A stretch of 56,502 nt of DNA, filler included, from Sphacelaria rigidula (Eukaryota): the NCBI GenBank assembly GCA_964200075.2. It is 7 parts of 7 records of this genome, joined end to end, with 100 filler letters (N's around TTAATTAATTAA, not from the genome) between each part and the next. Parts side by side here need not be neighbours in the genome. Positions count along the whole stretch, not along the records: positions 32,347 to 40,332 come from CAXNAA020012741.1; positions 40,433 to 48,417 come from CAXNAA020012742.1; positions 48,518 to 56,502 come from CAXNAA020012743.1; 4 more parts are not named here. One strand, 5' to 3'. The notes beneath the pieces are model-generated. The model did not search any database and was not told where the DNA came from. It saw nothing but the letters and a program-made list of their open reading frames with translations. The position numbers and the translations under genes are program-made. Below are positions 36,560-48,879 of the stretch, piece after piece; position 1 is the first letter of the stretch; every line of letters begins with the position of its first letter.

Positions 36560-37570
36560 CTGCTTGTCCACGTGCCGACCAAAGACGAAGAACATCGAGA
36601 CCCATTGCCAGGTGATTGAATGAGATGCACTTTCTGTAAAGGTCACATTTTCAGGTCCACTTCGAGATCGCCTTGCATCACAGTATGAACCCCCCGACAT
36701 GAGCGACGAGCGGTACATCTAGGCGGTACATACGGGGCTATTAGATGCTGAACACGCCGAATCCTTTGGACCTGATCTTCGTGTCAATCAGCATTCTCAT
36801 AGCTATTTATCGAGCAGTTGGGACGGCGATCGTCGCGAAAGAACGGCCAATCTGCCAAATTAGTGTCGAGATTGATCGGGCACGATCTATTGGCGCCGAT
36901 GGGCATGAAAGTGCATCCAATTTGCTCCCGCAAAGGAAATTGACATCTCCTGGTACCGTTCGGCGTAACAATGCGACTCCTTCACAACAGCCGTAACGCC
37001 GATTACTATTTGCCTGGCTGTTTCTGCTGAAACATCACCATCCATTCACGACATGCCCCGATCTCCGACAAAATGTGTGCACATGGCACAAGCTGCCCAG
37101 GGGGTCCTCGGTGAGTACGTGTTCATGCGGCGGTTGTACGCCGTTGACACCGCTACAGCATAGAGATAGATATGCGCGGGAGAGGTTGGTAGTTCCCATT
37201 TTTCCACGGCGCACGTTCTCCAAACCGCCCCGCACCGAGAAAATGTACGAAAGGCATGGCGCACCGCATCGCTCGGCGACTATTATAAACCAGAATAAGT
37301 GGTACCGTACCGCGCCGCGTCAACAAGGATAATTAGGTTAGGGCGGTGCAATTGCGCGACATCAACACCCCTTAATAATTCCCGTTTTCTCGTTTGCACA
37401 AACGCCGTCGCACGATTCGCCCGACAAGTGCGGTCGGTGGAGTAAACCTTTGCCGTGTATCGCGTGGTGATTTCAACGCGAATACGAGTCAACCATCAAA
37501 TGCCCATCATTTTCGAGGGCCGAACACTGCCACATCCACTATCGCGAACAATCGTATCATCCACGGCCTG
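36560..37570 (-). pseudogene. Possible heavily decayed protein kinase
   Basis: Kinase-like traces in the expected order, broken by stops and frameshifts: IVRDSGCGSVRPSKMMG (subdomain I?), RELLRGVDVAQLHRPNLIILVDA (III-IV), IIVAERCG (V?), ARQIVIGV (VIa?), QGDL/PENV (VIb?), FFVFG (VII?). Confidence 0.25.
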
Positions 37571-39656
37571 CCCTCACAGGGATTTCGCGGAAGTGCGGCC
37601 GTGCGCCTTGCATTACTACGATGCTCGCTTGTCGGTCCCCTCCGGCAGGGGCGGCACATCCTGCGCTGTTGCGTCGCTTGTTACCATCCCCCGGCGTCCT
37701 AGCTTCGATGGCGAAGGGGTAAAACATCAACGGTGCCCCCGAATAATGCTCATCGCTCCTCGAATCTTGATCACCAAGCACGATGGGTGAATCACTCCCG
37801 GAAGTTGAAGGAGGCCTTTCCGTCCTGTAACGCGGGCAACCTGTCTGTGACGCGACCAAGTCTGCGTTACGTAGTCGGAAACATTCGACTTAATGAGAGT
37901 GCTGATTAGTCGGTGGTGACTGGAAAGCTTGATGCGGCGGCAACAAAACACGGAACTGTGCTGGGGGCGTGCGCGTGGACAATGAACTCATTCAGCATGA
38001 GACTGGAGCTAATGGGGTGCGTCTGCTGACTGTTGATACGACAAAAGTCACCATCACTCGTTCAATACCTCACTGCCAAATGAGTGCTGCATATCATCAC
38101 CATCATGAATTCGATGATCATATCAACTCTGTTGGTAACGAAAACAATAATCAAGTCTCCCAGATCTTCGCTCTTCGTCATCATATATTTGCAATGATGA
38201 AATCAACGATGTTGTGAAAGAAATCAACAAGTCTCCCAGATCTTGGCTTTTCATGCACAATGATATCCGACAATGTCCGTCGCACAAGTGACAAACGAAG
38301 AAGCTACTCGGAAGCTACAATGAATACGGTCACATCAACCCCTGCCCCGCTCACGGCATGCAAAGGGCGTCGCCGTAGACGGCAGGAACTCCGACACCAC
38401 CGACTGCTCACCACCTGGTGTCGCCCCGCTGTGTGTGGATGCTCTCGGCCGCTCAGAAGTCGCCGGTGTTCGGAAAACTATCGGCACCCAAATCATCGTC
38501 GCTGCCCGATTCGCTTCCATCTGCTAGTGTCGGCCACGTGGACAAAAATTCGAAACAATATCGGCTGTCACTTCATTCCACCACGGTAGCGATGAACGGT
38601 TGCATTGCATTGTCCACATGTGTTCGAGAGACGATCCGACCCCCCTCTTTCGAGGGTCCTATTCGTCACGCCCACCTTTGCAGCAAAATAAACCGCAAGG
38701 AAACATGAAATCTGAGTTGTTGTCGACCACCAAAAATATCCAAAGAGCGCGTTCGACGGCCACAACGTGGCGCACAAATGAAGACGTAAGAAATACCCGT
38801 GGGTGCGTATCGATCACAGTTTCTCTGTTTGCCGTGTTCGGGTCTCTGTTCGCCCGCGGGCTGAACAGTTCTTGCCAATGAAGGTGCCCTCCCCCTTTGC
38901 TCATGTACACAACTCCTCCGCGGTATTCATTTCGACCTGCCCCCGGTTGGATACACGGCGATATCAGAAAGCTGTATGGGTCATTTTCAGTCAATGGGTC
39001 GAATCCTGATCGTTGCAGCGAACGCATGCACAAGAAATGTGCTCGAATTCCGACCACCCCATAATGTTACGCCGCAAAAACTGAGCATCGTGTACTCACT
39101 AGCCTGTACAGCAGACACCAGCAGTACAGTTTACAAGTGCTACTATCCACACGCACTACCACTACCGCCTTGTGGATAACCTGTGAGTGCCATATACTGT
39201 ATGCTGCACTTGTGGTCCCTCCGTCAACCGTACAGTGATTCCATGTCGTGGCACCTCACGATAGGAGGTGCCGCATATCTGGTGGTCAGGGCCGCTATGG
39301 CGTGCATCCATGAAACTGAGCATGTGCAAGGCTTGGCAGGCGGCGACCGCTGGTTTTGACGGCTGCTCGCCACGGCCACTCATGAAGCCGTACATGCTCC
39401 GTCATGGGATGAGAGTACGTTTAGAATGCCTCTATCTGTGTTGCTGCTATGGCGAGTGGGGGGTGTTCAAGACAGAGTAGAATAGGTGTTACACAGATTG
39501 GTGTTATCTAGGCCTTTGCGCCGTAGGCTTGAGCTTGAACAAAACCGTATTTTTTTGGAGCCCATTTTTTTTGTTTTGTTGCAATTCTTTTTTTATCAAA
39601 AGCCGGTTTTCCCCCCAAGGAGCTTGGGTTTCGTTCGGGGGAGCTTTTCCTGTCTC

Positions 39657-39965
39657 GGGGGAGGGGAGGTGTACTCGTGATCATGCATGCCATAGTCATG
39701 AGACCATTGACCTCGCATCTCTACAAAGCCGGGACAGAGCACGCCGGGGTTTCGCCGGACCAGGCTCGCACTTAATCACCAAGCGCGAAGCGCCGTGGTG
39801 CGTTCGGTGAGCCGCAAGAAGGGCGAGCTGCATCCTGCTGAGATTGTTCGGCCCAAAGCCTACTGATTATCTCGCCTTTGGATGACAGCCTCCAATGATT
39901 TGCTTTATTTCTGGCATCACCACTTCCAGAGGCACGGCTTATACACTGCCTTATGGGTGTGTCAC
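39657..39965. repeat. Repeat family A, full-length copy
   Basis: Colinear with 3536-3856 from gtactcgtgatcatgcatgcc to atgggtgtgtcacc. Confidence 0.85.
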
Positions 39966-40197
39966 CATCGGGGGAGCGGGGAAATTTCTGCGGGGACAGA
40001 CCATATCAGTACCCTCTCTTTTTTCTCGATAAATGAGGGTTCTTTCTTTCCCGCTCTGCTTCCGTGATGTCTCCGTCAAGTTTTTCTTGGGTTGGTTCTT
40101 GACTCTCGAAAGCAGCCGTGCAGGAAGCACCGACAACTAGAGGCTGGAACAAAAAGTTAAGAGCCAGAAACAAATAGACCCCCACACATACCCACAT

Positions 40198-40332
40198 ACA
40201 CGTTGAGACACTCATGAGGCAGTGTATAAACCGTGGCTGTCGCTGGAAGTGGTGATACCAGAAAATGAAGCAAATCATTGAAGGCTGTCATCCAAACGCA
40301 AGATAATCACTACGCTTCGGGCCGAACAATCT
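40198..40332. repeat. Repeat family A, reversed copy cut by contig end
   Basis: Reverse complement of the distal 135 bp of 39657-39965. Confidence 0.85.
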
Positions 40333-40432
40333 NNNNNNNNNNNNNNNNNNNNNNNNNNNNNNNNNNNNNNNNNNNNTTAATTAATTAANNNNNNNNNNNN
40401 NNNNNNNNNNNNNNNNNNNNNNNNNNNNNNNN
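40333..40432. other. Artificial contig spacer
   Basis: N44-TTAATTAATTAA-N44. Confidence 0.98.
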
Positions 40433-40636
40433 TCGCATCCATGTAGCACTGCGATCCGACAAGGTCTCATCAAACGAAATACCAAACTGTAGTCAAGTGC
40501 GAAAGTGTATAGAGTTGAGGGTACCATGTGCGGCGGAATTAGCCAAAAGAAGACGGCTGAGATTTTCGGTTACAGTCAGTGTTGTGCCGCGTGGTGCCGC
40601 ACAAGCTGCAGCACGATTTCCGATCTCAATTCTCCG

Positions 40637-41390
40637 TCGTTTCCGATGCAATTTTGATATGATGTGTAGGACGCATGTGCAAACACCCCTTCGTTTTTCC
40701 CGTGTGTGTGTTTTTTCTCCTCTCCGTGAGTTATTGGCGACGGAACATTTCAAAACATTTTTTTCGGAACAAATTTGCCAACAACTCACGAAGAAAAACA
40801 AAAAAACATAGAAGGAAAGGTTTGGATCGTTTTCGATGAAATTTTGACACGATGTACAGGACTGACGTGCAACTTCCAAACTTTTCCTCCCATTTTTTTT
40901 CTTCTGCGTGAGTTATTGGCAATTTTATTCCGAAAAAATATTCTGAAAAGTTCCGTCGCCAATAACACACGGAGGAAAATAAAACATGGGAGGAAAGGTT
41001 TGGTATTTGCACGTAAGTCCTGTATATCGTGTCAAAATTTCATCGAAAACAGCTCGAAATTGAAGAGCATAAATGCGTTTGAATTATTCGTAACTGGTCC
41101 ACTTCCATTATGCTATAGTAACCGGTTGTCGACGAAGTGATGCACTCAATTTTGGATCATTTTCGATGAATTTTTGACACGAAGAAGAGGACTTACGTGC
41201 AAATATCAAACCTTTCCTCCCATGTTTTTTTCTTTCCTCCGTGAGTTATTGGCGACGGAACTTTTCAGAATATTTTCTTCGGAACAAAATTGCCAATAAC
41301 TCACGCAGAAGAAAGAAAAAAATGGGAGGAAAGGTTTGGTAGTTGCACGTAAGTCCTGTTCATCGTGTCAAAATTTCATCGAAAACGATC
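40637..41390. mobile_element. Cluster of three ~230 bp palindromic MITE copies
   Basis: Copies at ~40637-40824 (truncated), 40825-41050 (inverted) and 41155-41390. The two complete copies are bounded by gatcrttttcgatgaawttttgacacga ... tcgtgtcaaaatttcatcgaaaac. Confidence 0.8.
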
Positions 41391-41515
41391 GAATAATGAG
41401 CGAAGAATATGCGTTTCAACATTCCTCGTGGCTTTTAGGGCGGCCCAGCTCGTACACACATCCTGTATATTTTGATCAAGCTGTTCATCGTTCTGATTCT
41501 GTCTCGAAAATCCAG

Positions 41516-44500
41516 AAACGTCATGGTGTCCTTCAGCGAGCTGGAACTGTCGCACAAGATCGGCTCAGGGGCGGCGGGATCTGTATGGAGGGGGTCTTGG
41601 CGAGGCGCCGCTGTAGCCGTCAAGGTGTGCCTGCGTACAAACAAGAGGCGCTGCACATTCTGCTTTCAAAATTAGAAATAAAACGCTTGAACAAAAAAAA
41701 GCATCAAGAAAAACAAAAATGTTTGAAGTAATGCAAAGGGTCAAGAGCTGCAGCCACATGTAAATTATGCCGAGTACCGTATGTGCCACAGAATAATGCC
41801 TGTACGCTGAATGGCACCCCATGACTTACTCCCCCCCCCCACCCCCCAGGTGATGAATTTTGAATCTACAATCTGCAGACTGTATCGGGCTACGTTGGAA
41901 AACACTCCCCTTAATAGCACCCTCCGAGTTTCGGCCCTCCGCATTTTTTTTCATTTCGCGTTGTCACCCCCACTTTTTCATGTTTGACACAATAAATATT
42001 ACACCCCCATGCGTTGGATAGCAACCCCCGGTGATACGTTTTCGGCACGCTGTCGGTATCTCTAGAACTGCTTTGGAGTGCGTAGTATAATAGTAGTCGA
42101 GGCCGCGAATTTTTCATATCCGTATGTATTTTTATGTTTTCGCCTACTGTTGATTCTCACGTAAATCGCTGGGGGATAATCATCGGACGCCAGGTAATAA
42201 GGAGACCTTTTCACCAGGCCGTGGAGCTCACCGGCCGCGATCTCGAGGTGTTCAAGCGAGAGGCCTATCTAATGACCAGGTAGGTACCTGAGCAACACAG
42301 TAAACGCCCCCGCGGTACTCGCGCCGTGTCTGGTAAAGCAGTAGTATAAAGGCAAAGGATCGGCATGCTGTGCGGAAAAAAAAAAACTTTCGATACGGTA
42401 ACGAGTCACGATTTTTTGGAAACTTTCTTTTGTGGTCTGCTTTTCTTCGTCGTGGTGAGTTTTTCATGTTAACCCTTTTGGAACTCGCGAAAAACAGCAC
42501 AAAGTCCCATATGCGAGCTTTCGTCACCGGGGAAACGTCACTTGGAGTTCGGTGCACGAATCTGTCACATTAGTATACTTGAACTTGAATTAGTGCGCCG
42601 TTTTGGCCGGCTGCATCAACAGTTGCACAAAAACAACAACACCTTGCCCAAGAAAACGTCATTTGTAAGTCGTCACTTTTCCATCAACGGTCCAAAAGGA
42701 TTAATATATATATATATATACTTCGAAGTACATATTTTGACCTTAAATGTTTGAACTTTGTATTTCCCACTGATCTTGATTTGATGTGTATCGATTACTT
42801 GTAAGAACACTGATGCTCCTGCGTCAGACCGGCTGGTTACCGCGGGTACTGTATGCTGTGTCGGGGCTCTAGTAGCTGTAGATTGCGTTCGTAGATGAAG
42901 TATGGAGGACACCGAGGTGAAAAGCCCTGAAGAGGGTGAGTCCCTCGTTGGAGGACCAGACACCTAGTAAGTTTTTGGTTGTGGGGAATAATCTCTCGTG
43001 CATCTTGTCCAGAGAATTGGAATCTACGGAACGTGAGGAACGTGCTCTACACGCTTGCCTTTTTGATCTGTCTGTCGTTTGTGCACGATAGGCTACGACA
43101 CCCGAACATCGTACTGATCATGGGCGTAACGTTTGCTCCAGCCGGACACCGCATTACACTCGACGGCCAAGACCCTGTTTCTCCAAGTCGCCGGCGGGAG
43201 CTTGGCTTCGAGGATGTCGGTAGGCCTTCGTGCTCTGCTGCACCCCCCCCCCCCTCTCCCCCGCCGTCGCCCCTCCACCCCAAGTCCTTGTTTCAACATT
43301 TGCTGTTTTGATTTGGGGGGCCATTTCGGAACGTTTTTCATCACAGTTCCCAGAAAACTTGACAGTCGTATTTTGCATTTTTTTTACGGGAATTACGAAA
43401 AGTTGAGCTGGCCTTAAAAGTGATGGGGGTTAAATAAATAAAGTCAAAACTGTCGAATGATTGAGTACTTCATGCTTTATGGGTTGGTTAGTTGATGGGT
43501 TGTAGGTCATTTCATTAACTGATTTGGTACGAACACAAATATGGTCACAAGATAGATATGCGGTGACCCAAAGGTCAATGCAAGGAGCCGGTCACTTATG
43601 GGAACCTCGAGATGAGAAGTACGGTAACGTTAAAAAATAGGGAACGGGGCGGGGGGTAACCTGGTATGGTATACACGCCTGGCTACGATTAGTAGCGATC
43701 CCGACCAAAACCACGACATGTTAGCCCGGCGCGGCCCCTGCCAAGGCCGTCAGGCGGGGCATCGCCATTTCCATAATATTTGGGGCGAAACCGTAAAAAA
43801 AAAAATGATTTACGCTTTTCGCCGTGGTGATGCAAAAAGCACAGGCCTTGAAAGTAGGTTGTGAATCAGCTAGCTGGAGAAAGTACACTGGTACTGAGGA
43901 ACGCCGACGATAACGCTCCAAGAAATACACACCATCAACGCAACAGTATATTGTTAGCACCCAATATCGTCTCGGCTGTCGTGCGGTCTTCCTTGTTGCC
44001 ATTATCCACTATTTTTCTTACTGTTCGTTGTCGTTGCCGTCGTCGTCCTGTACAGCTGTTACACGCCAGACAGCTCATGAGCTCCCTAAAATAATTTATC
44101 GAAGAGGACTGTCGAATCCCTTGTCTAGAGCACAAAATATAGTTGACACCAGGGTCGGATAAGGCAAGGCGTTACTTTTGCGCTACAAGGCGTACTCGGC
44201 TTCTGGTGCTGTAGAGAGCAAATACGGGGGGAAAAGGGCCTAAAATGAGCTAGCTCATTATCCGGATCAGTACACTGATAACAAGTAATAATCAGGTGGC
44301 TCGTGAGCTGTTCGATTTGTGTGAGTGTCACACGTTTATTTTTTCTTGTTTTTGTTATTGTTTGCCGTCTCCTTGCCTCATGTTCCTTGTCTCTCGTGCG
44401 TGTGTGTGCGTGGGTGGGTGCATTTATGAATGTTCCCAACATGAACAGGCAACAACGATAACCACGGGAGTCTGTGCATCGTGACGGAGCTGCTGTCCAG

Positions 44501-47313
44501 GGGCAGCCTGGAGGACGTTATCCGGGAGGGAGGGCTGCGGACGGCAAGCTATGCGCTCATCCTAGACCTAGCGCTGCAGGTGATTTGTCTTCAACTTGGC
44601 GTGTGTGTATGATTATGGCCAAGTGCATGACCAAGTACATGTTCTATCTTCGCCTTTTAGTTTTCGTTTCTCTTTTTTGAAGACAAGTAAGCAAGCGTGT
44701 GTGTGTGTGTGTTTATTCCTGAGAGGATCGAAGTAATTGTAATTGTGCGTGTGTTCTTCCTTATTTTTATTTTTATCCGTTTTTGCTGCTTTACTCACGT
44801 AACGCCATTTTTTTTCCTCGAAGCACACTATTTTTTATTGTTCTTGGCCTGCAGTACGTGACGAGTGTACGTTCGTGTTGGATACGATCGCTATCACTAC
44901 TGTACAGGCCTTTCCCAACGATCGAAAGTACGGGTGATGGCCATACACCTATTGTACGTACCTGGGTTTGGAATAAATATATATATATATATACATATAT
45001 TCAGTAGCGCGATTTGGGTCGATGCGTCAAGTTTACCTTTAGAAGCTTATACTCGTGTCGCCATCCCTTTTTGTTCGGGAAACTTCTGCGTACCACGTTC
45101 TGTTTGTTCGTCCGGGCCTGTTTGTACATTCTACATCAAACAACAAAATCATATAATTATTTTGGCTGTTCCGATGCCACTGTTTTTCATCGCCCCCCCC
45201 CCTCCCCCCACCCGCCCGCCCGCCCAGCCGTTGGCAGGGGAAAGCAGAGCAAGGTCTTGGGTGGTTGGTTCTATTATATTGGTACAATCGTTTACGAATC
45301 ATCATCCAGCCGTCGTCGCACATGATAATAGGTACCCCATACGCAAGTCATCGCGAACACTCGAAACATGGTGTAGGGTAGTGTACGCCCTCGAGTACCC
45401 TCTGAATGTTTGGGGTATTCGGAGTACACGGTGCCTCCAGGGAATTCACAGTGTGGACTGCCGAACATACTTAGTATTCACTCAGAGTAGCCGGAGTGTG
45501 GACTGGAAATCCGGGGTCCCCGAAGGAATGTCTACTGTACGCCAAACAGCTTTGGAAAGCTCGAAATCATGCAAAAATATATACCGACGACTAAATAGAG
45601 AAATTTGAAAAATAAAACAAGACAAAGTGAAACGGAAGGATGGGACAGCACAAGACTGACGAGAGAGAGGCGGGTACAGATACAGATATGGAGAGACGGA
45701 AACAGAGACAGGGGGGCAGAGAAATGGAGACAGAGACAGAAAGAGTCATATTCCATATTCCTTTGATACATTCCTTTGTTCCGAAGAAAAAAGAAGAATG
45801 ACTGACCAACAACTGATCAAAACCATGAAACAGATCAAGCAGATCGAACAACCAATTACTGTCATTTATCAACGACAAGAAGAGCAAAAAAAAAAACCTT
45901 CAACGGCAGGTCGAGTAGAGTATTCTCAATACTCAGTATTTTTGAAGAGTCATACTTTGAGTACTCCAAATTTGAGTAGAGTATTAAGGTTACATCCAAG
46001 TGATGCTCTATACTCAAGTATTCCTGAGAGTGCATACTCAATATTTGAGTAGAGTACAGGAGGTCGTACTCGATCTACTCAAAATGTGAGTAGAGTATTT
46101 GAGGTCGCACACAAACTACCCGAAAGTTGGGTAGAGTATCTGAGGCCGGACCCGATGTACCACCGCTGACTCTCCCCCGGAGGAGTTACATGTGCGGCGA
46201 ATAGAGTCGCTCATTTTGATAATACCTACCCGACATCCCGTCTACTCGATTACGCAATGATGATGAGTAACACCCTGGACTGAAAGTGATATCGAAGGGG
46301 TTGAGAGGTATCAAGTATGTACTGCCATGGGTGGGGGCAGGTGAGCTAGCGCATGTAGGTTCATTCACTTGCACGCTTTTTTTGTTTTTTTTATAGCCAT
46401 GATTCACTCATACTCATTGTAGCCCGTGACGTACAGCCACTCATCCAACTGATGGCCATCGTTCGCCCATGTATGCAACATAGTCTGTAAAGTGGCGTCA
46501 CGAAGTCGCCGACGGTCACGATTGCCTATCATACCCAAGTGAAACTCTATACTCCAATAATAGGCACAATAGTCGATGAAGGATTTAGTGCAATCCCCCG
46601 TTTATTTTAGCGTTTAAAAACAACATATTGTATGTCCAAATCTTGGGCATGAGTGTATGTGTTGCAATTATAGTGCCTAATCCGTGCTGTAGAAGCACAA
46701 GCTAAGTTCTGAGTAGAGCAAGGGCCGGATGAAGTAATGATTCGTCCAGAAATTACTTGATTTCAGTGTAATTGATTCATACCGTACAAATCAATTCCTA
46801 GGTTTTGTTTTCAGCGTTGCAACCCAGGTACGCGCAGCCCAGGCACGTGGAATGACGCAAAAATTGCGTGGAGACCTTCTTGACCGGCGGTCGACTTTTT
46901 TTCTCTCTCGAGCAATCAGGCCTAATAGATCGTGGATTTTGTGATTCGAACCGGCGATGATTGATATGTCCGAACCGTGGGGTATATATATTTTGTTCTT
47001 GGTATTTCATTGCTGTATTTTTACTTGACTGCTTTTTCATGAAAAAAATCATCTCGTGGTTGGTGACAGGTGTGTTTATGTTGATGGAACTAGCTGTACC
47101 TGACGTCCAACGTTGTGTAGGCCCCGCCGCCCGTGCTCTTTATTCTCACTTTTTTTTATTCGTAAATAAAACCCATCCGATTCAACGTTGTCGGCGGAAC
47201 TTTTGTTGAAGGCGGCGCGAGGGATGCTGTATCTTCACACCCATAGCCCTCCTATCGTGCACCGGGACCTCAAGAGCAGCAACCTCGTTGTGGACGAGCA
47301 TTGGCACGTCAAG
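41516..47313 (+). CDS. TKL / Raf-like (MAP3K-type) Ser/Thr protein kinase, partial (subdomains I-VIb), spliced
   Basis: Phase-consistent AG/GT exons: 41516-41624 (NVMVSFSELELSHKIGSGAAGSVWRGSWRGAAVAVK), 42194-42279 (VIRRPFHQAVELTGRDLEVFKREAYLMTR), 43092-43219 (LRHPNIVLIMGVTF…GFEDV), 44449-44579 (GNNDNHGSLCIVTELLSRGSLEDVI…LILDLALQ), 47212-47313 (AARGMLYLHTHSPPIVHRDLKSSNLVVDEHWHVK). HRDLKSSN and the W-x-G..VAVK pattern are typical of TKL kinases. Confidence 0.92.
45910..46140. repeat. Degenerate GAGTAGAGTA/TACTC-rich minisatellite-like repeat in kinase intron
   Basis: gagtagagta recurs at ~45914, 45973, 46046 and 46087, with a variant at ~46130, interspersed with tactc. Confidence 0.6.
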
Positions 47314-47959
47314 GTATTGTACAGCGGTGCTTGCTGCAGCAGACGGACTGATTGACTGGTTGTTCGACTGGTGCCTTGTCATGCTTGTTTGGGCAATGAG
47401 ATTTGGGGTCGTTCATTTTTTCTGATTTAAAAAAAAATGATTTTCGCTTGGTGTTGTTGAAGGAAGTGAACTGTATCATGCATGCTGTGCTTGAGATTTT
47501 TTCGTTTTTTTTACTCATTTTTTTTTTCGCTTACTTTTTCTTTTCCTTCTTCTTTTTTCTTCTCCTCTTGCTGGAGGTGAGTTTTGCATAATATGCGGAA
47601 GGTTCGAGGCTAATTTTCATTTTTGTTTTACAAGAGTTTGGTGGAGGTGGACTTTGGCACAGTATGGTCTCGACACGTGCGTGTTACCAGCTACTGTGAA
47701 GATTTTTTTCATAGTACAGGTGGTGATGCGAATACTACGAGGTTGGCGATGAGGGTTGACATATCGAGGTGCAGGAGTTCTCTATACCTCGAGGGCTTTT
47801 TCCAAGAAATACGATATTACTCCACGAGAGTGGGCAGGATGAAACGCAGCAGCGTTCACCCCCGTAACGACTGCCGCTTTTTGAAGGCTCGTATCCGACC
47901 CCCCTCCCCCCTCCGAACAGACGGCGAAACAGGACGGCGATAAGATATGTAAAAAGGTT

Positions 47960-48112
47960 CTCGTGTGATGTGTTGAAGAAACGTAGTGAGCACCTAAATG
48001 TTGAAGGTGTCTCTGTTAGGAGTAGGAACGGTGCTCCGTCTCGAAAGGGATGCGTGGTCGATGGTCAAACGACTCAGGGGAACAACAAATGAGTACGTCG
48101 CCACCCCCTCCC
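47960..48112. repeat. Repeat family B copy
   Basis: ttaggagtaggaacggtgctccgtctcgaaagggatgcgtggtcgatggtcaaacgact...caacaaatgagtac followed by a C-rich flank. Confidence 0.8.
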
Positions 48113-48417
48113 CATATAGACAAGGAATCGATTTCCGGAATGTGATGCTACACACGTCCACGTCCGTCGCGGATCGAATAGAAGTTGGATGGACGCATGT
48201 CGTGTCGTGGTGTAGTACAGGTCTACACTACTACAGGATCGCCGTTTGTTCGCACAGCAGGCAGGGAGTCGCGTGTAATGTGAAGTTGACGATGGAGATG
48301 GAGATTGACACACCGAAACAAGTACATACAGTCCAGTGTGAAAACATACGTCGAACTGAAGAACCAATCAATGTGACCCCCCCCCCCTCCCCCCCCCCCC
48401 ACTGCGATCACGGGGGG

Positions 48418-48517
48418 NNNNNNNNNNNNNNNNNNNNNNNNNNNNNNNNNNNNNNNNNNNNTTAATTAATTAANNNNNNNNNNNNNNNNNNNNNNNNNNN
48501 NNNNNNNNNNNNNNNNN
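48418..48517. other. Artificial contig spacer
   Basis: N44-TTAATTAATTAA-N44. Confidence 0.98.
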
Positions 48518-48879
48518 TTGCGGAGTCCCATAGAGATGACGGGCTAGCGTACTGTCTGCTGTGAAGTTATTCGAGCTTGGCATTTGAGGCATCGCCGAAT
48601 CCAGAAGCGGGTGGAAATTTCCATGCCATCCCACCAGTAAAAGCGCTCCAGGAGCGGTAGGGTGCGGGTGACGCCAAGGTGACGTGACAAGTCTGTGTGA
48701 CAGCCTTTCATGACCCAGGGGTGCATCAATAATGAGGCATATATGCGCGTTGGTTCGTTATTGAGTAGTCGTGCGTGGCGTCCCGTGGTTGAGGCAGGAA
48801 GTGCGCCCGCCAAAGGTGTGGGGCGACGCACGAGTAGTTGTACGCCTTCATCCGTAGTGAAAATGGTGCCTTTACGCAT
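48518..48879 (-). pseudogene. Gypsy integrase N-terminal HHCC zinc-binding region
   Basis: CHTDLSRHLGVTRTLPLLERFYWWDGMEISTRFWIRRCLKCQAR. Confidence 0.9.

Noticed and set aside
44865..45608. 247-aa ORF inside kinase intron
   Set aside because: It runs through (TA)n, poly-C and repeat sequence with non-coding composition.
16175..48417. Apparent signalling cluster (ankyrin + WSC + kinase)
   Set aside because: The genes lie on different artificially joined contigs.
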